Under the pieces are notes generated by a model. The model made no database searches. It had not been told where the DNA came from and was given only the letters and a program-made list of their open reading frames with translations. A program made the position numbers and the translations under genes. A stretch of 64,000 nt of DNA, taken from positions 96,001 through 160,000 of the forward strand of contig JBEKYR010000001.1 of the NCBI GenBank assembly GCA_049510745.1, written 5' to 3'. Below are positions 20,801 to 30,137 of the stretch, one piece after another. The DNA comes from Verrucomicrobiota bacterium (lineage in GTDB: Bacteria; Verrucomicrobiota; Verrucomicrobiia; Limisphaerales; Palsa-1400). Every line of letters begins with the position of its first letter. Positions within the stretch are counted from its first letter, which is position 1.

Positions 20801-22439
20801 CCTCGCGGATGCAGTCGATGGGCGGATTAGTGACCTGGGCAAAAAGCTGCTGGAAATAGTTGTAGAGCAGTTGCGGTTTGCCGGACAACACCGCCAGCGG
20901 CGTGTCGCAGCCCATCGAGCCGACCGCCTCGACGCCATCGCGCGCCATGGGGATCATGACGATGCGCAAATCCTCGAAGGTGTAACCAAAGGCCTGCTGG
21001 CGCTGCAAGACGCTGTAGTGGGAGGGTTCGGGCGCGTGCTCGGATGGGACGACGTACTGCAAATTCAACAACTGGGTGTTGAGCCAGTGCCGGTAGGGTT
21101 GCTCGGTGGCGATCTTCAATTTGATCTCGTCGTCCGCCACGATGCGCCCTTCCTCAGTATCCACCAGAAACATGCGTCCGGGTTGGAGGCGGCCCTTGAG
21201 CAGGACCCGGTCCGGCGGCACGTCCAGCACGCCGACTTCCGAGGCCATGATGACCAAATCATCCTTGGTCACGTAATAGCGGGAGGGGCGCAGGCCGTTG
21301 CGATCGAGGACCGCGCCGATTTTTCTCCCGTCGGTGAACGCGATGGAGGCCGGGCCGTCCCACGGTTCCATGAGGCAACTGTGATACTGGTAGAAGGCCT
21401 TTTTCTCGTCGCTCATGGTGGCGTGATTGGCCCACGGTTCGGGAATCATCATCATGATGGCGTGCGGGAGGGAGCGGCCGGCCAGGACGAGCAATTCGAG
21501 GCAATTGTCAAACATAGCCGAATCGCTGCCGTCGGTGTTGATGACCGGCAGCACCTTCTTGAGGTCCTCGCCGAAGAGTTCGTTCCGGAACATGGCCTGG
21601 CGGGCGTGCATCCAGTTGATGTTTCCCCGCAAGGTGTTGATCTCGCCGTTGTGGGCGATGAAGCGGTACGGATGCGCCCGGTCCCAACTGGGAAAGGTAT
21701 TGGTGCTGAAGCGCGAATGCACCAGGGCCAGCGCGCTCTCCATCGCCGGATCTTTCAGGTCGGGAAAAAACTCGTCCATCTGCTCGGTCAGGAGCATGCC
21801 TTTATAGAGCAGCGTGCGGGAGGAGAGGCTGGAGATGTAAAACCAATGGCCGCCTTTGATGCCGCTGTAACGGATGGCGCGCTCGGCGCGCTTGCGAATG
21901 ACGTAGAGCTTGCGCTCGAACGCCATGTCGTCCTCCAGCCTGGGGTCGCGGCGGATGAAGGCCTGCTGCACGCACGGTTCGCTGGCCCGGGCCGTCGCGC
22001 CCAGCGAGGCGTTGTTGGTTGGAACCGTCCGCCAGCCCAGAAACCTCTGCCCCTCCTCGACGACGATGTTCTCGAAGAGTGTTTCGCAGGTGCGCCGCTC
22101 ATTGGGATCGCGCGGCAGAAACACCATGGCCACGCCGTATCCGCCCAGCGGCGGCAGCTTGATTTTGTCCTTGGGGGAGACTTCCTTGAAAAAACCGTGC
22201 GGCATTTGCAGGAGGATGCCCGCACCGTCGCCGGTGTTGGCTTCGCAGCCGCAGGCGCCGCGATGGTTGAGATTGACCAGGACCGTCAGGGCGTCACGAA
22301 TGATCTTGTGGGATTTTTTCCCTTTGATGTTCACCACGAAACCGACGCCGCAGGCATCGTGCTCGAACCGCGGGTCGTACAATCCCTGTTTTGGCGGCGG
22401 CCCGATCCGGGCTTTTCGGATTGCTGGCTCCTGTCTCAT
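17817..22439 (-). CDS. gltB: Glutamate synthase large subunit
   Basis: HDACGVGF (N-terminal nucleophile Cys), [37 protein letters not shown]. Confidence 0.98.
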   Translation of the reverse strand: MRQEPAIRKARIGPPPKQGLYDPRFEHDACGVGFVVNIKGKKSHKIIRDALTVLVNLNHRGACGCEANTGDGAGILLQMPHGFFKEVSPKDKIKLPPLGGYGVAMVFLPRDPNERRTCETLFENIVVEEGQRFLGWRTVPTNNASLGATARASEPCVQQAFIRRDPRLEDDMAFERKLYVIRKRAERAIRYSGIKGGHWFYISSLSSRTLLYKGMLLTEQMDEFFPDLKDPAMESALALVHSRFSTNTFPSWDRAHPYRFIAHNGEINTLRGNINWMHARQAMFRNELFGEDLKKVLPVINTDGSDSAMFDNCLELLVLAGRSLPHAIMMMIPEPWANHATMSDEKKAFYQYHSCLMEPWDGPASIAFTDGRKIGAVLDRNGLRPSRYYVTKDDLVIMASEVGVLDVPPDRVLLKGRLQPGRMFLVDTEEGRIVADDEIKLKIATEQPYRHWLNTQLLNLQYVVPSEHAPEPSHYSVLQRQQAFGYTFEDLRIVMIPMARDGVEAVGSMGCDTPLAVLSGKPQLLYNYFQQLFAQVTNPPIDCIREELVTSVATTIGSERNLLKPKPSSCNLIELNSPILTNEEFAKLKFINQAGFKSVTLPILFKVSDGEAGLVKAMDDLCARASSAVEAGANILILSDRGVDQQMAAIPALLAVAGLHHHLIREGTRTRVGLVLESGEPREVHHFSLLIGYGAGAINPYVAFETVDDLIRQGLLTGLSHKDACKNFVKAAVKGVVKVISKMGISTIQSYRGAQIFEAIGLHPSVVEKYFTGTASRVGGVGLEVLAREVQMRHQAAFPSRQINGHVLEVGGNYQWRADGEYHLFNPQTVHQLQQACRNADYKAFKEYSRAVNDQSKKACTLRGLLELKTAAQSIPIEEVEPLEAIFKRFKSGAMSYGSISKETHETLAVAMNRIGGKSNTGEGGEDPARFVPEANGDSKNSAIKQVASARFGVTSLYLVNARELQIKMAQGAKPGEGGQLPGGKVFPWIAKVRFATPGVGLISPPPHHDIYSIEDLAELIHDLKNANHRARISVKLVAEVGVGTIAAGVAKAHADVVLISGHDGGTGASPQTSIKHAGIPWELGLAETHQTLVLNNLRSRIAVETDGQLKTGRDVVVAALLGAEEFGFATAPLVALGCVMMRVCHLNTCPVGVATQDPALRRNFTGDPAHAVNFMRFVAQEVRELMAQLGCRTINEMIGRTDLLEPREAIDHWKARGLDFTNILYQPKVSEEVGRYCQIPQDHGLDKALDNTVLLKLCQPALERKEKVVADLEIKNVNRVVGTILGSEITRRYGAAGLPEDTIKIHFRGSAGQSFGAFMPRGVTWVLEGDANDYLGKGLSGGKIILYPPEGSTFVAEENIITGNVALYGATAGEAYIRGMAGERFCVRNSGVSAVVESVGDHGCEYMTGGRVVVLSQTGRNFAAGMSGGVAYVLDEAGDFSRRCNPQMVHLERLEDPAEIEEIRQMIQRHAGYTRSHRAFKVLALWAEMTPKFVKVMPKDYKRVLQSLSRVTQAGLSGEDAIMAAFEENAKDAARVGGG

Positions 22440-22674
22440 TTTGCTCGACGATATGTTTTCTATAAAATTTCGCTATTTTTTACTAAAACGCCACCTCAGC
22501 GCAATAGCCGAGTGCAAAAAAGTTTTTGCGTCTGCGGATCGGGACCGGAAGCTGACGGTTCAACCAGGCGGCGCGGGCGAGGACGACCGCTACCCAGCTT
22601 GTCCGGGAGATTTAAATGCACCCTTCCTTTCCGCTCTGCTCCGGAGCTTGCCCGGAACGGGCCGCCAACCTCGC

Positions 22675-24642
22675 CTATTTCTTCAAATCGTCGAAATAAT
22701 CGCGCACGACTCCCTGGTAGGCGCGGGGCACCTGGTCCTGATTCAGGGCGCTTTGGGCGTCGCGCTGCGCGGTCTGGACGGCTTCGGTGTAACTGACCGC
22801 GCTCTGCCCTTTGATGCTGACCCCTTTCAAGGTGATGCTCGGCATCGGCGCGCCCGGCGTGATTTGGCCGTGCAGCTTTGTCGGGGCCAGGTTGTCGGCC
22901 AATTGCGGGTCGCCGCGGTCGGTCAAGCCGCGCGGATCGCGGTCCGGACGATCAATGCCGGAGTTGTCCCATAAGCCGCTCATCTTCGGATACAATTGGG
23001 AATCGTCATCCGTCCAGGTGCCGACGCCGCGTCCGCCCGGGCCTTTGCCCAGTCCCAGGCAATGCCCCGCCGCCAGACAGCGTCCGGTGCAATCGCCGCA
23101 GGTCGGGCACTCGCCCCAGCAACGGTGGGTGGCCAGGGAGATCTCCGCCTTGTTCAAGGCATCGAGCGACCCTTGCAAGGCCTTGGCATCGGCCATTTGC
23201 GCCTGGATTTTCTCCAGTTCTTTGGCCGCCGCCGCCAGCGACCCGGCCGAAGCGGGATTGTCCCCATTGCGCAATTGCTGGGCTGCCTGGTGGAGATAAT
23301 GCGAGGCGTCGCCGTAAGGAACGGCCGGCTGGACGGCGCGGGACACTTCGTCGAGGATTTTGGCCGCCTGCGCCGCTGACATTTTGGCGGAGCGCACTTG
23401 GTCAATCATTTTTTCAAGCGATTGGCGGGCCAGGTCCACCTGGCCAAACTTGAGCTGCTCCGGCAGGTCTTTTCCTTCCCGGTCCGCCTGCTGCTGCAGG
23501 CGCTGCAATTCCCTGGACATCTTCTGCAATTTTTCCAGGTCGGTGGTGGCCAGGTCCATGTCCTTCTGGAAATTCTCCGTTTGATTGGCTTGCAGGGCGG
23601 CGATGGCCTCGTCCAGGTTCGGCAGGGGCTGGCCCAATTCGCGGGCCTTCTCGGCCAGATCGGAGAGGCTTTGGGCCAGTTTCTGGCGTTGGGCGGCGGC
23701 TTGGGGCGAATTGTCCTTGGGAATTCCCGCGGCCGCCTTCTCCAGCTTCTGCATCTGCTCGGCCAACTTGTCGAGCGCGGCGGGGTCCTGGCCCGCCTTG
23801 CCCTGGGATTTTTGCCGGTCGTCCATTTGTTTTTGCGAGGCGGCGCCATTGGCGGGATTGGAAAGCTGTTCGCGGGCGGCGCGTTCCATGTCCTTGAATT
23901 CCGGGTTGTTTTTTCCCAACTCTTGCAGTTGGGCCTTGAGTTTTTCGGCCACGTTGGAGAGGTCCTTGAGCGCGTCATTGCGCGTCATGGCGACTTTGTC
24001 CAGGCGCAACCCCGTCTGTTCAGCGGTTTCCAGCGCCTTGCGGGTCGTTTCCAACGCGGGCGGACGCTGTTGGAGGGCGCGACGGGTGATTTGGACGATT
24101 CGTTTGCCGGCCTCCCGGATGGCTTGGGCGTCCTGCTTTTTGTCCAGGAATTCCTTGGTGCGATATTCGGGGACAAACCCCAATCCCGCCGCCAGCCCCA
24201 GGGCGACCAACGCCCAGCGGCTGATCGGCGGCAAACGCCAGGGAAAAATCTGGCGCGGGTCCAACTTGGCGGCAAAGCGGGCCGCGTCGGAGAGCAGCAA
24301 AGAGCGCCAACCGGTGTCCGGGCCGCTGGCGCCAATTTCCCATGCCGTGCTGATTCGCTCCTGCAGATGCTGCCGCTGGTCCAGGCAGCGGGCCGTCTGC
24401 TGCAAGGTCGGCCGGCGCATCCAGCCGGAGAGGAAGCCGCCCAGGAGACAAAGGCCGGCCAAAATGCCGGCGGCGCTGAGAATAAAGGACGGAATGGGGG
24501 CCAGTTTAAAAGTGGCAAGCGCCACCAGCCAGATGGAAGCCCCGGCAAACAGCCCCCGCCAGAGGCCGTTCCAGGCCCGTTCCCAGCGCCGGCGTCGCGC
24601 CGCGCGCCACAGAACCGATTGAATGGCTTCCAGATCGCTCAT
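22675..24642 (-). CDS. Membrane-anchored coiled-coil protein with a Cys-rich segment
   Basis: Three N-terminal TM segments, ERISTAWE, a long Q/E/K/A heptad region, CWGECPTCGDCTGRC, and C-terminal VPRAYQGVVRDYF. Confidence 0.85.
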   Translation of the reverse strand: MSDLEAIQSVLWRAARRRRWERAWNGLWRGLFAGASIWLVALATFKLAPIPSFILSAAGILAGLCLLGGFLSGWMRRPTLQQTARCLDQRQHLQERISTAWEIGASGPDTGWRSLLLSDAARFAAKLDPRQIFPWRLPPISRWALVALGLAAGLGFVPEYRTKEFLDKKQDAQAIREAGKRIVQITRRALQQRPPALETTRKALETAEQTGLRLDKVAMTRNDALKDLSNVAEKLKAQLQELGKNNPEFKDMERAAREQLSNPANGAASQKQMDDRQKSQGKAGQDPAALDKLAEQMQKLEKAAAGIPKDNSPQAAAQRQKLAQSLSDLAEKARELGQPLPNLDEAIAALQANQTENFQKDMDLATTDLEKLQKMSRELQRLQQQADREGKDLPEQLKFGQVDLARQSLEKMIDQVRSAKMSAAQAAKILDEVSRAVQPAVPYGDASHYLHQAAQQLRNGDNPASAGSLAAAAKELEKIQAQMADAKALQGSLDALNKAEISLATHRCWGECPTCGDCTGRCLAAGHCLGLGKGPGGRGVGTWTDDDSQLYPKMSGLWDNSGIDRPDRDPRGLTDRGDPQLADNLAPTKLHGQITPGAPMPSITLKGVSIKGQSAVSYTEAVQTAQRDAQSALNQDQVPRAYQGVVRDYFDDLKK

Positions 24643-24766
24643 TCCGCCGGCCAGTGTGCCACAAACCAGCGGCATTGGCCAGCCAAATCCGGCTCAGGGG
24701 GTTTAAATTAAACAGTGTTTAAATTACACAATTGACAACCGCAAATCTTGGATAATCGTAAAGCGC

Positions 24767-26044
24767 ATGACCGGGACGAAAACTCTGACAATAACAACGG
24801 CCCTGGCCGGAATGCTGGCGGGCCGCGTCGGGGCAGTCGATTGGCCCCAGTACCGCGGCCCCAATCATGACGGAACCTCGCCCGAAACGATTCTCACCAC
24901 CTGGCCGAGCGGCGGCTTGCGCCCAATTTGGAAGCATCCGCTGCACAACGGCTTCAGCGCGATCACCGTCGGAGGGGGCAAGGCCTTTACCTTGGTGACG
25001 CGGGAAGTGGAAGGGGCGGACCAGGAGGTCTGCGTGGCCTTGGACGCCAATACGGGCAATGAACTTTGGGCCGTGCCCCTGGGCGCGGCCGTGTATGACG
25101 AGGGTGGAAATCGCGGGGCGGAGGACAACAACGGCGGCGACGGGCCGCGCTCGACGCCGGCATTCGACAGCGGGAAGGTCTATACGTATTCGTCGAAGAT
25201 GGTGTTAAAATGCCTGGACGCCGCCAGCGGGCGGCAGATTTGGGCTTGCGATCTGATCCGGGAACACGACGGGCGCAACATCCATTGGGAGAGCGCCGCC
25301 TCGCCGGTGGTGGAGGGGGAGTTGGTGTTAGTCGCCGGCGGCGGGCGGGGCCAGGCGCTGCTGGCCTTTGACAAGAATGACGGCCATGTCGTCTGGAAGG
25401 GCCAGGATGACGCCATGACGCAATCGACGCCCGTGGTGGCCACCATCCTGGACCAGCGGCAGGTCATTTTCTTTACGCAAAAGGGATTGGTGTCGGTTGT
25501 GCCGACGACGGGCGCCGTGCTGTGGCGGTATCCTTATTCGTTCCGGGTTGCAACGGCCATGACGCCGGTGGTGTCCGGCGACATTGTTTATTGCTCGGCC
25601 GCCTATGGGGTGGGGTCGAGCGCGTGCCAGATCAGCAAAACGGCCAACGGCTTCGAAGCCAGGCGGCTGTGGTTCCAGCCAGCCAACGTGTTGCAGAGCC
25701 ATTGGAGCACGCCCGTGTGCAGCCAGGGTTATCTTTTCGGGATCAGCGGGCAGGCGAAATTTGGGGCGGCGCCGCTGGTTTGTGTGGAACTGGCAACCGG
25801 AAAGAGCATGTGGTCGCACGAGGGCTTTGGGCCGGGCGGTTGCACGCTGGTGGACGGACACGTGCTGGTGCTGAGCGACGCCGGGGATTTGGTGCTGGTG
25901 AAGGCGACACCCGCGGGTTACCAGGAGGCGGGGCGAAGCCACGTGCTGGCCGGCAAGTGCTGGAACAGCGCCGGGGTAAGCGGCGGGCGCATTTACGCGC
26001 GCAGCACCAAAGAAGGCGTCAGCGTGGACGTTTCGGTTCGATAA
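24767..26044 (+). CDS. PQQ-binding-like beta-propeller protein (BamB-like), secreted
   Basis: DWPQYRGP, repeated ALDxxTGxxxW blades, GPRSTP. Confidence 0.9.
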   Translation: MTGTKTLTITTALAGMLAGRVGAVDWPQYRGPNHDGTSPETILTTWPSGGLRPIWKHPLHNGFSAITVGGGKAFTLVTREVEGADQEVCVALDANTGNELWAVPLGAAVYDEGGNRGAEDNNGGDGPRSTPAFDSGKVYTYSSKMVLKCLDAASGRQIWACDLIREHDGRNIHWESAASPVVEGELVLVAGGGRGQALLAFDKNDGHVVWKGQDDAMTQSTPVVATILDQRQVIFFTQKGLVSVVPTTGAVLWRYPYSFRVATAMTPVVSGDIVYCSAAYGVGSSACQISKTANGFEARRLWFQPANVLQSHWSTPVCSQGYLFGISGQAKFGAAPLVCVELATGKSMWSHEGFGPGGCTLVDGHVLVLSDAGDLVLVKATPAGYQEAGRSHVLAGKCWNSAGVSGGRIYARSTKEGVSVDVSVR

Positions 26045-26152
26045 CCTGGAGCCGGGAATTATCGCATTGGACTTGCGAATGGCACGGAAGTTGCGGGGGA
26101 ATGAGGTGGACATTCGACCTTGCATTTGGTAGAAAACCGAACCTATTGATTC

Positions 26153-27280
26153 ATGCGCTTGTTGATCGTGAAATTAAGTGTGGTGGCCGCCCTGTTGACA
26201 GGGCCCTTGGTGGCGCGGTGCGGCGCGCAGGTGACCCTGGTGTGGAACCCGTCGCCCAATCCCAGCGTCGCGGGTTATAATCTTTGCTGGGGCACCAACA
26301 GCGGCGCTTATGTCTTCACCAACACTTACCCCAATACCGAGACAAATGCCACGCTGACAGATTTTCTGCCCAACCAGGCCTATTATTTTGCGGTGGCGGC
26401 ATTTTCGAGCAATGGAGTCGTCAGCCCGTTTTCCAACGAGACGAGCTTTACCAACGGTCCCCCTTCCACAAATTCCCTGGCGTCCACCAATGGCCCGCCA
26501 GCGCCTCCTGGAGGGGGCACACCGGGTTTGCCCGGCACCAACAGCCCCGGACAGGTCAACAATGGCGGCGGCGGCGGTGGCAATTCTTCGCAGGGCAGTT
26601 CCTCCAATTCGGCGGCCAATTTCTGGGGCGTCCCGCCCTTCCTGACGCTGACGTTGTCCAATGGGCTGCCGAATTTGAACATTGGGGGGACGGTAGGGGC
26701 CACGCTGATGATCCAAGCCACGACCAATATCTTTTCCCTCGATAGCTGGGAAACGGTGACCAATGTGGCCCTGACCAACATCGCCCCGATAGCGCAGACC
26801 AATCAGTCGGGCCAGGCGCAGGACGCCCTGGACCTGGCCTTCGTCCCCAGCGCGCAATCCCTTCCGATCACCCCGAGCAATTCGACTCCCTTTCAGTTCT
26901 TCCGCGCCGTCATGCCCTACGATTATGTGATCCTGGCCAGCATGGTGTTGCCGGGCAAGGGCTACACGCCGCGGCTGATTGTGGTCAACATGCCCGGCAT
27001 CGTGTGCGACGACGCTTGCTACGTCAACGAATCGAGCAGCTTCATTCATTACAGCCAGACCAACAGCGCCCTGCAGCTCGAGGGGTCCGGTTCGACGATT
27101 CGGCAGATTGCCACCACCCTGGCCAATTCGCTCACTTTGGACTGGACATCCGCTTCGGAGTTCACTTATTCTAACGGCTTGGGCCAAATACTGGCCACTG
27201 TCGTTGAAACAGAACCGTCATCTTCCGATCCAGTCGCTGGGCAGAACCCGCCCAGCCAGCCGATGGTCATTGACTTTTAG
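26153..27280 (+). CDS. Secreted fibronectin type III domain protein
   Basis: Signal peptide, VTLVWNPS...VAGYNLCWG...YYFAVAAF...SPFSNE, and a G/S/P-rich linker. Confidence 0.85.
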   Translation: MRLLIVKLSVVAALLTGPLVARCGAQVTLVWNPSPNPSVAGYNLCWGTNSGAYVFTNTYPNTETNATLTDFLPNQAYYFAVAAFSSNGVVSPFSNETSFTNGPPSTNSLASTNGPPAPPGGGTPGLPGTNSPGQVNNGGGGGGNSSQGSSSNSAANFWGVPPFLTLTLSNGLPNLNIGGTVGATLMIQATTNIFSLDSWETVTNVALTNIAPIAQTNQSGQAQDALDLAFVPSAQSLPITPSNSTPFQFFRAVMPYDYVILASMVLPGKGYTPRLIVVNMPGIVCDDACYVNESSSFIHYSQTNSALQLEGSGSTIRQIATTLANSLTLDWTSASEFTYSNGLGQILATVVETEPSSSDPVAGQNPPSQPMVIDF

Positions 27281-27301
27281 CCCTCAATCATTCCACGCGC
27301 C

Positions 27302-28468
27302 ATGAAGGAGAACATCGTCAAGCGCGTCATCGCCTTGTTTGTCCTCATGCTGGGGATATTGGTCTATGTGGCCGTGTCGGCGGTGCGCAACATCCAGCAC
27401 TCCATCAAGAGCGAAGACTGGGTCAATCACACCCATGCCGTCATCATTGACGCCGGCGACATTCTTTCCTATCTGCACGCCGGCGACGCCGCGTTGCGCA
27501 CTTTCCTCATTACCGGGGACAAGCGTGATCAGGCGGCCTACCGCAATGACTATAACACGATGATCGAAAAACTGCTCGATGCCGAGGCCCTGACCCGGTG
27601 GGGCGACGAAGAGAAACCGCTGCACCAAAGAATCCTCGATCTGCAGGTTCTCATCAGCAATCGCATTGATGTCGCCCGTTCCATCGTCAAGTCCCGCGAG
27701 CAGGGCGGCCTGGACGGCGTGCGGGCGCTCTTTGCCTCCAGTCCGGACGTGGAGTCCATCGGCAAGATCGAACGCGCGGTCGGAAACCTGGTCGGCGAAG
27801 AAGACGGCCTGCTGCGCGAGCGGGACAAGCAAGAACACTTGCAGGCGCAAGCGACCCGCATGACGGTTTATCTGGGCGTGGCGGTGAATTTCGCCCTGCT
27901 CGCCGTTATGCTATGGCTGCTCCTCGACGACTTGGCGGCGCGGCGCAAAGCGGCCCAGGCGCTGGAAGACGCCAACGCCCAACTGGAGGCCAAAGTGCAG
28001 GAACGGACCGCCGAACTGGTCAAAACCAATCAAACCCTTAAACAGGAGAATCTGGAACGGCGCTGGTCGTACCAGGCTTTGGACCATCAATTGCGCTACA
28101 ATCAACTCATCATCAATTCCATCGCCGAACTGGTCTTTGTCATCAGCCGCGCCCTCAACATCAGCCGGGTCAACCCGGCGGTGGTGCATCAGACCAGTTG
28201 GGAGCCGCAAGACCTCATCGCGCAGTCAATTGAACGCGTATTGCAACTTCCCCCCGACACCGCCTCCGGCTCGCCCCAGAATCCCCTCATTACGGCCATG
28301 CGAGACGGGCGCGAAATCCAAGAGCGTCCGGCCATGCTGCTGACCCGCTCCGGCAAAACCACCCCGGTTCACTTCAGCCTCATTCCCCTGCACGACCAGG
28401 ACAAGGTCGTGGGAGGCGTTGTGACCGTGCGCGTCCCAAACGGCGCCCCGCCGCCGGGGCCGACCTAA
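27302..28468 (+). CDS. CHASE3 + PAS membrane sensor without a kinase domain
   Basis: TM-CHASE3 (WVNHTHAV...LRTFLITGD)-TM, S-helix LEAKVQERTAEL, then PAS (VNPA...VVGGVVTVR) and the stop. Confidence 0.85.
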   Translation: MKENIVKRVIALFVLMLGILVYVAVSAVRNIQHSIKSEDWVNHTHAVIIDAGDILSYLHAGDAALRTFLITGDKRDQAAYRNDYNTMIEKLLDAEALTRWGDEEKPLHQRILDLQVLISNRIDVARSIVKSREQGGLDGVRALFASSPDVESIGKIERAVGNLVGEEDGLLRERDKQEHLQAQATRMTVYLGVAVNFALLAVMLWLLLDDLAARRKAAQALEDANAQLEAKVQERTAELVKTNQTLKQENLERRWSYQALDHQLRYNQLIINSIAELVFVISRALNISRVNPAVVHQTSWEPQDLIAQSIERVLQLPPDTASGSPQNPLITAMRDGREIQERPAMLLTRSGKTTPVHFSLIPLHDQDKVVGGVVTVRVPNGAPPPGPT

Positions 28469-28481
28469 ACCGCTCATTCCC

Positions 28482-28892
28482 ATGAAAAAACATATTCTTT
28501 CCATCGACGACGAAGCGGACATCCGCGAACTGCTGCAGGAGGTATTGACCATCAAGGGCTACCGCGTCTCCACCGCCGCCGAGCCCGAGAAGGCCAAGAA
28601 AATCGTCAAAGACGACCCGCCCAACTTGATCATCATGGATTTCAACATCGAGGAGGGAGACGGCTTCGTGCTGATCGACGAGATCAAGAAGATCGGGCCG
28701 GCCATACCGATTCTATTATTGACTGGCGCGGTTTTCGACCGGACCGTCGTGCGGGACACGATCGAGAAGAAAGTTTCCCGCTACCTGGACAAGACGGCCT
28801 CGCTCAACACCATCGTGACCGAAATTGAAAAACTGCTGGGCGATCCGGTCAGCGGTCCCGGCAACACCATTACCATGCGGCGGGCGCCCTGA
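28482..28892 (+). CDS. Single-domain response regulator
   Basis: ILSIDDE, LIIMD (phospho-Asp), LLLTG, YLDK. Confidence 0.92.
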   Translation: MKKHILSIDDEADIRELLQEVLTIKGYRVSTAAEPEKAKKIVKDDPPNLIIMDFNIEEGDGFVLIDEIKKIGPAIPILLLTGAVFDRTVVRDTIEKKVSRYLDKTASLNTIVTEIEKLLGDPVSGPGNTITMRRAP

Positions 28893-28924
28893 AGGCCGCC
28901 CGGCGGGCGCGGGGCCGCGCCGCC

Positions 28925-29887
28925 ATGTCCCCACGCAAGACCCTGGTCATTCGCGGCGGCGCGCTGGGGGATTTCATATTGACCCTGCCCGCGCTGGCCG
29001 CGTTGCGCCGCCATTTTCCGGGCCGCGCCCTGGAAATCTTGGGCTATCCGTCCATTGCCTCCCTGGCCGTCGCCGGCGGCCTGGCGGAAGGGGTTTCCGC
29101 CATCGAGTCCCCTGCCCTGTCCGGATTTTTTGCGCGGGGCGGCTCCTGGCCCGCATCGGCCGCGGAATACTTTGCCCAATTCGACCTGATCGTGTCCTAC
29201 CTTTACGACCCGGAAGGAATTTTCCAGTCCAACGCCACCCGTTGCGGCCCGGCGCGATTTATTGCCGGTCCGCATCGTCCAGACGAAGCCTCCGGCGCGC
29301 ACGCCGCCGTTGTTTTGCTGCGTCCGCTGGAATCCCTTGGCATTCACAACGCCGACCCGCGTCCGCGTCTTGTGTTGCCCGAAGCGGACGATTGCCCCGA
29401 GGGCGCCTGGCTCGCCTTGCACCCCGGCAGCGGAAGCGAACGGAAGAACTGGCCGGAGGCGAAATGGGCGGAACTTCTCAAAACCCTCGCTGAGCGGGCA
29501 CATTGGAGTTTTCTGGTGATTGGCGGTGAAGCCGAAGGCGAGCGCAGCCGGCGTCTGTCCGCCCTCCTGCCGCCCCGGCGGGCGCGCCTGGCTCAGAACC
29601 TGCCGCTGGTGGAACTGGCCCAAAAAATGAGAACTTGCGCCGGCTTCATCGGGCATGATTCCGGCATCACGCATCTGGCGGCCGCGCTGGATTTGCCTGG
29701 ATTGGTGCTCTGGGGGCCGGCATCAGCGGTCGTCTGGCGGCCCATGAGCGATAAAATGCGCCTCCTGCGGGACGATCGCGGACTGGGTGGATTGGCGGTT
29801 GAAACTGTATTGCGGGAAGTGACGGCGGCGTTCCCCCTTTGCGTTTCGACTGGTCCGGTCCGGTGCCGGGGAATCGGGGGAGGTTAA
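28925..29887 (+). CDS. Glycosyltransferase family 9 (heptosyltransferase-like)
   Basis: GALGDFIL, HPGSGSERKNWP, GHDSGITHLAAAL. Confidence 0.92.
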   Translation: MSPRKTLVIRGGALGDFILTLPALAALRRHFPGRALEILGYPSIASLAVAGGLAEGVSAIESPALSGFFARGGSWPASAAEYFAQFDLIVSYLYDPEGIFQSNATRCGPARFIAGPHRPDEASGAHAAVVLLRPLESLGIHNADPRPRLVLPEADDCPEGAWLALHPGSGSERKNWPEAKWAELLKTLAERAHWSFLVIGGEAEGERSRRLSALLPPRRARLAQNLPLVELAQKMRTCAGFIGHDSGITHLAAALDLPGLVLWGPASAVVWRPMSDKMRLLRDDRGLGGLAVETVLREVTAAFPLCVSTGPVRCRGIGGG

Positions 29888-29983
29888 GGAAACAGGGACA
29901 AGGCGGCGCGGCGCGCCGATGCGGGCAACCCACCCGGCAATACCAACTTTCTAGTCCTGACCCTTTCACTTTCCTGACCCTTT
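29834..29983 (+). repeat. About 140-bp dispersed element, copy A, ending in a doubled CTGACCCTTT
   Basis: Aligns by eye with 33148-33288 (shared core atcgggggaggttaaggaaac; end ctag.cctgaccc). Confidence 0.85.
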
Positions 29984-30137
29984 CTCAACGCCATTCAACC
30001 GCTGGTCAAAAAATGGCTCCTGGCAAAACCGCGTTTCGGGAAATTGTCCCAAAGGGCGTTCGACCGGAACCTATCCGACCTGGAACGGAATCACTCGTTG
30101 GACCCCAATAACCAAGCGCCATTCCGAACGAACCGCT

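Noticed and set aside
19527..22796. 1089-aa plus-strand ORF and other long antisense ORFs (e.g. 18006-19430, 37327-39000, 50519-52522, 56174-57808)
   Set aside because: These are shadow frames opposite well-supported genes, expected in high-GC3 DNA, and carry no recognisable motifs.
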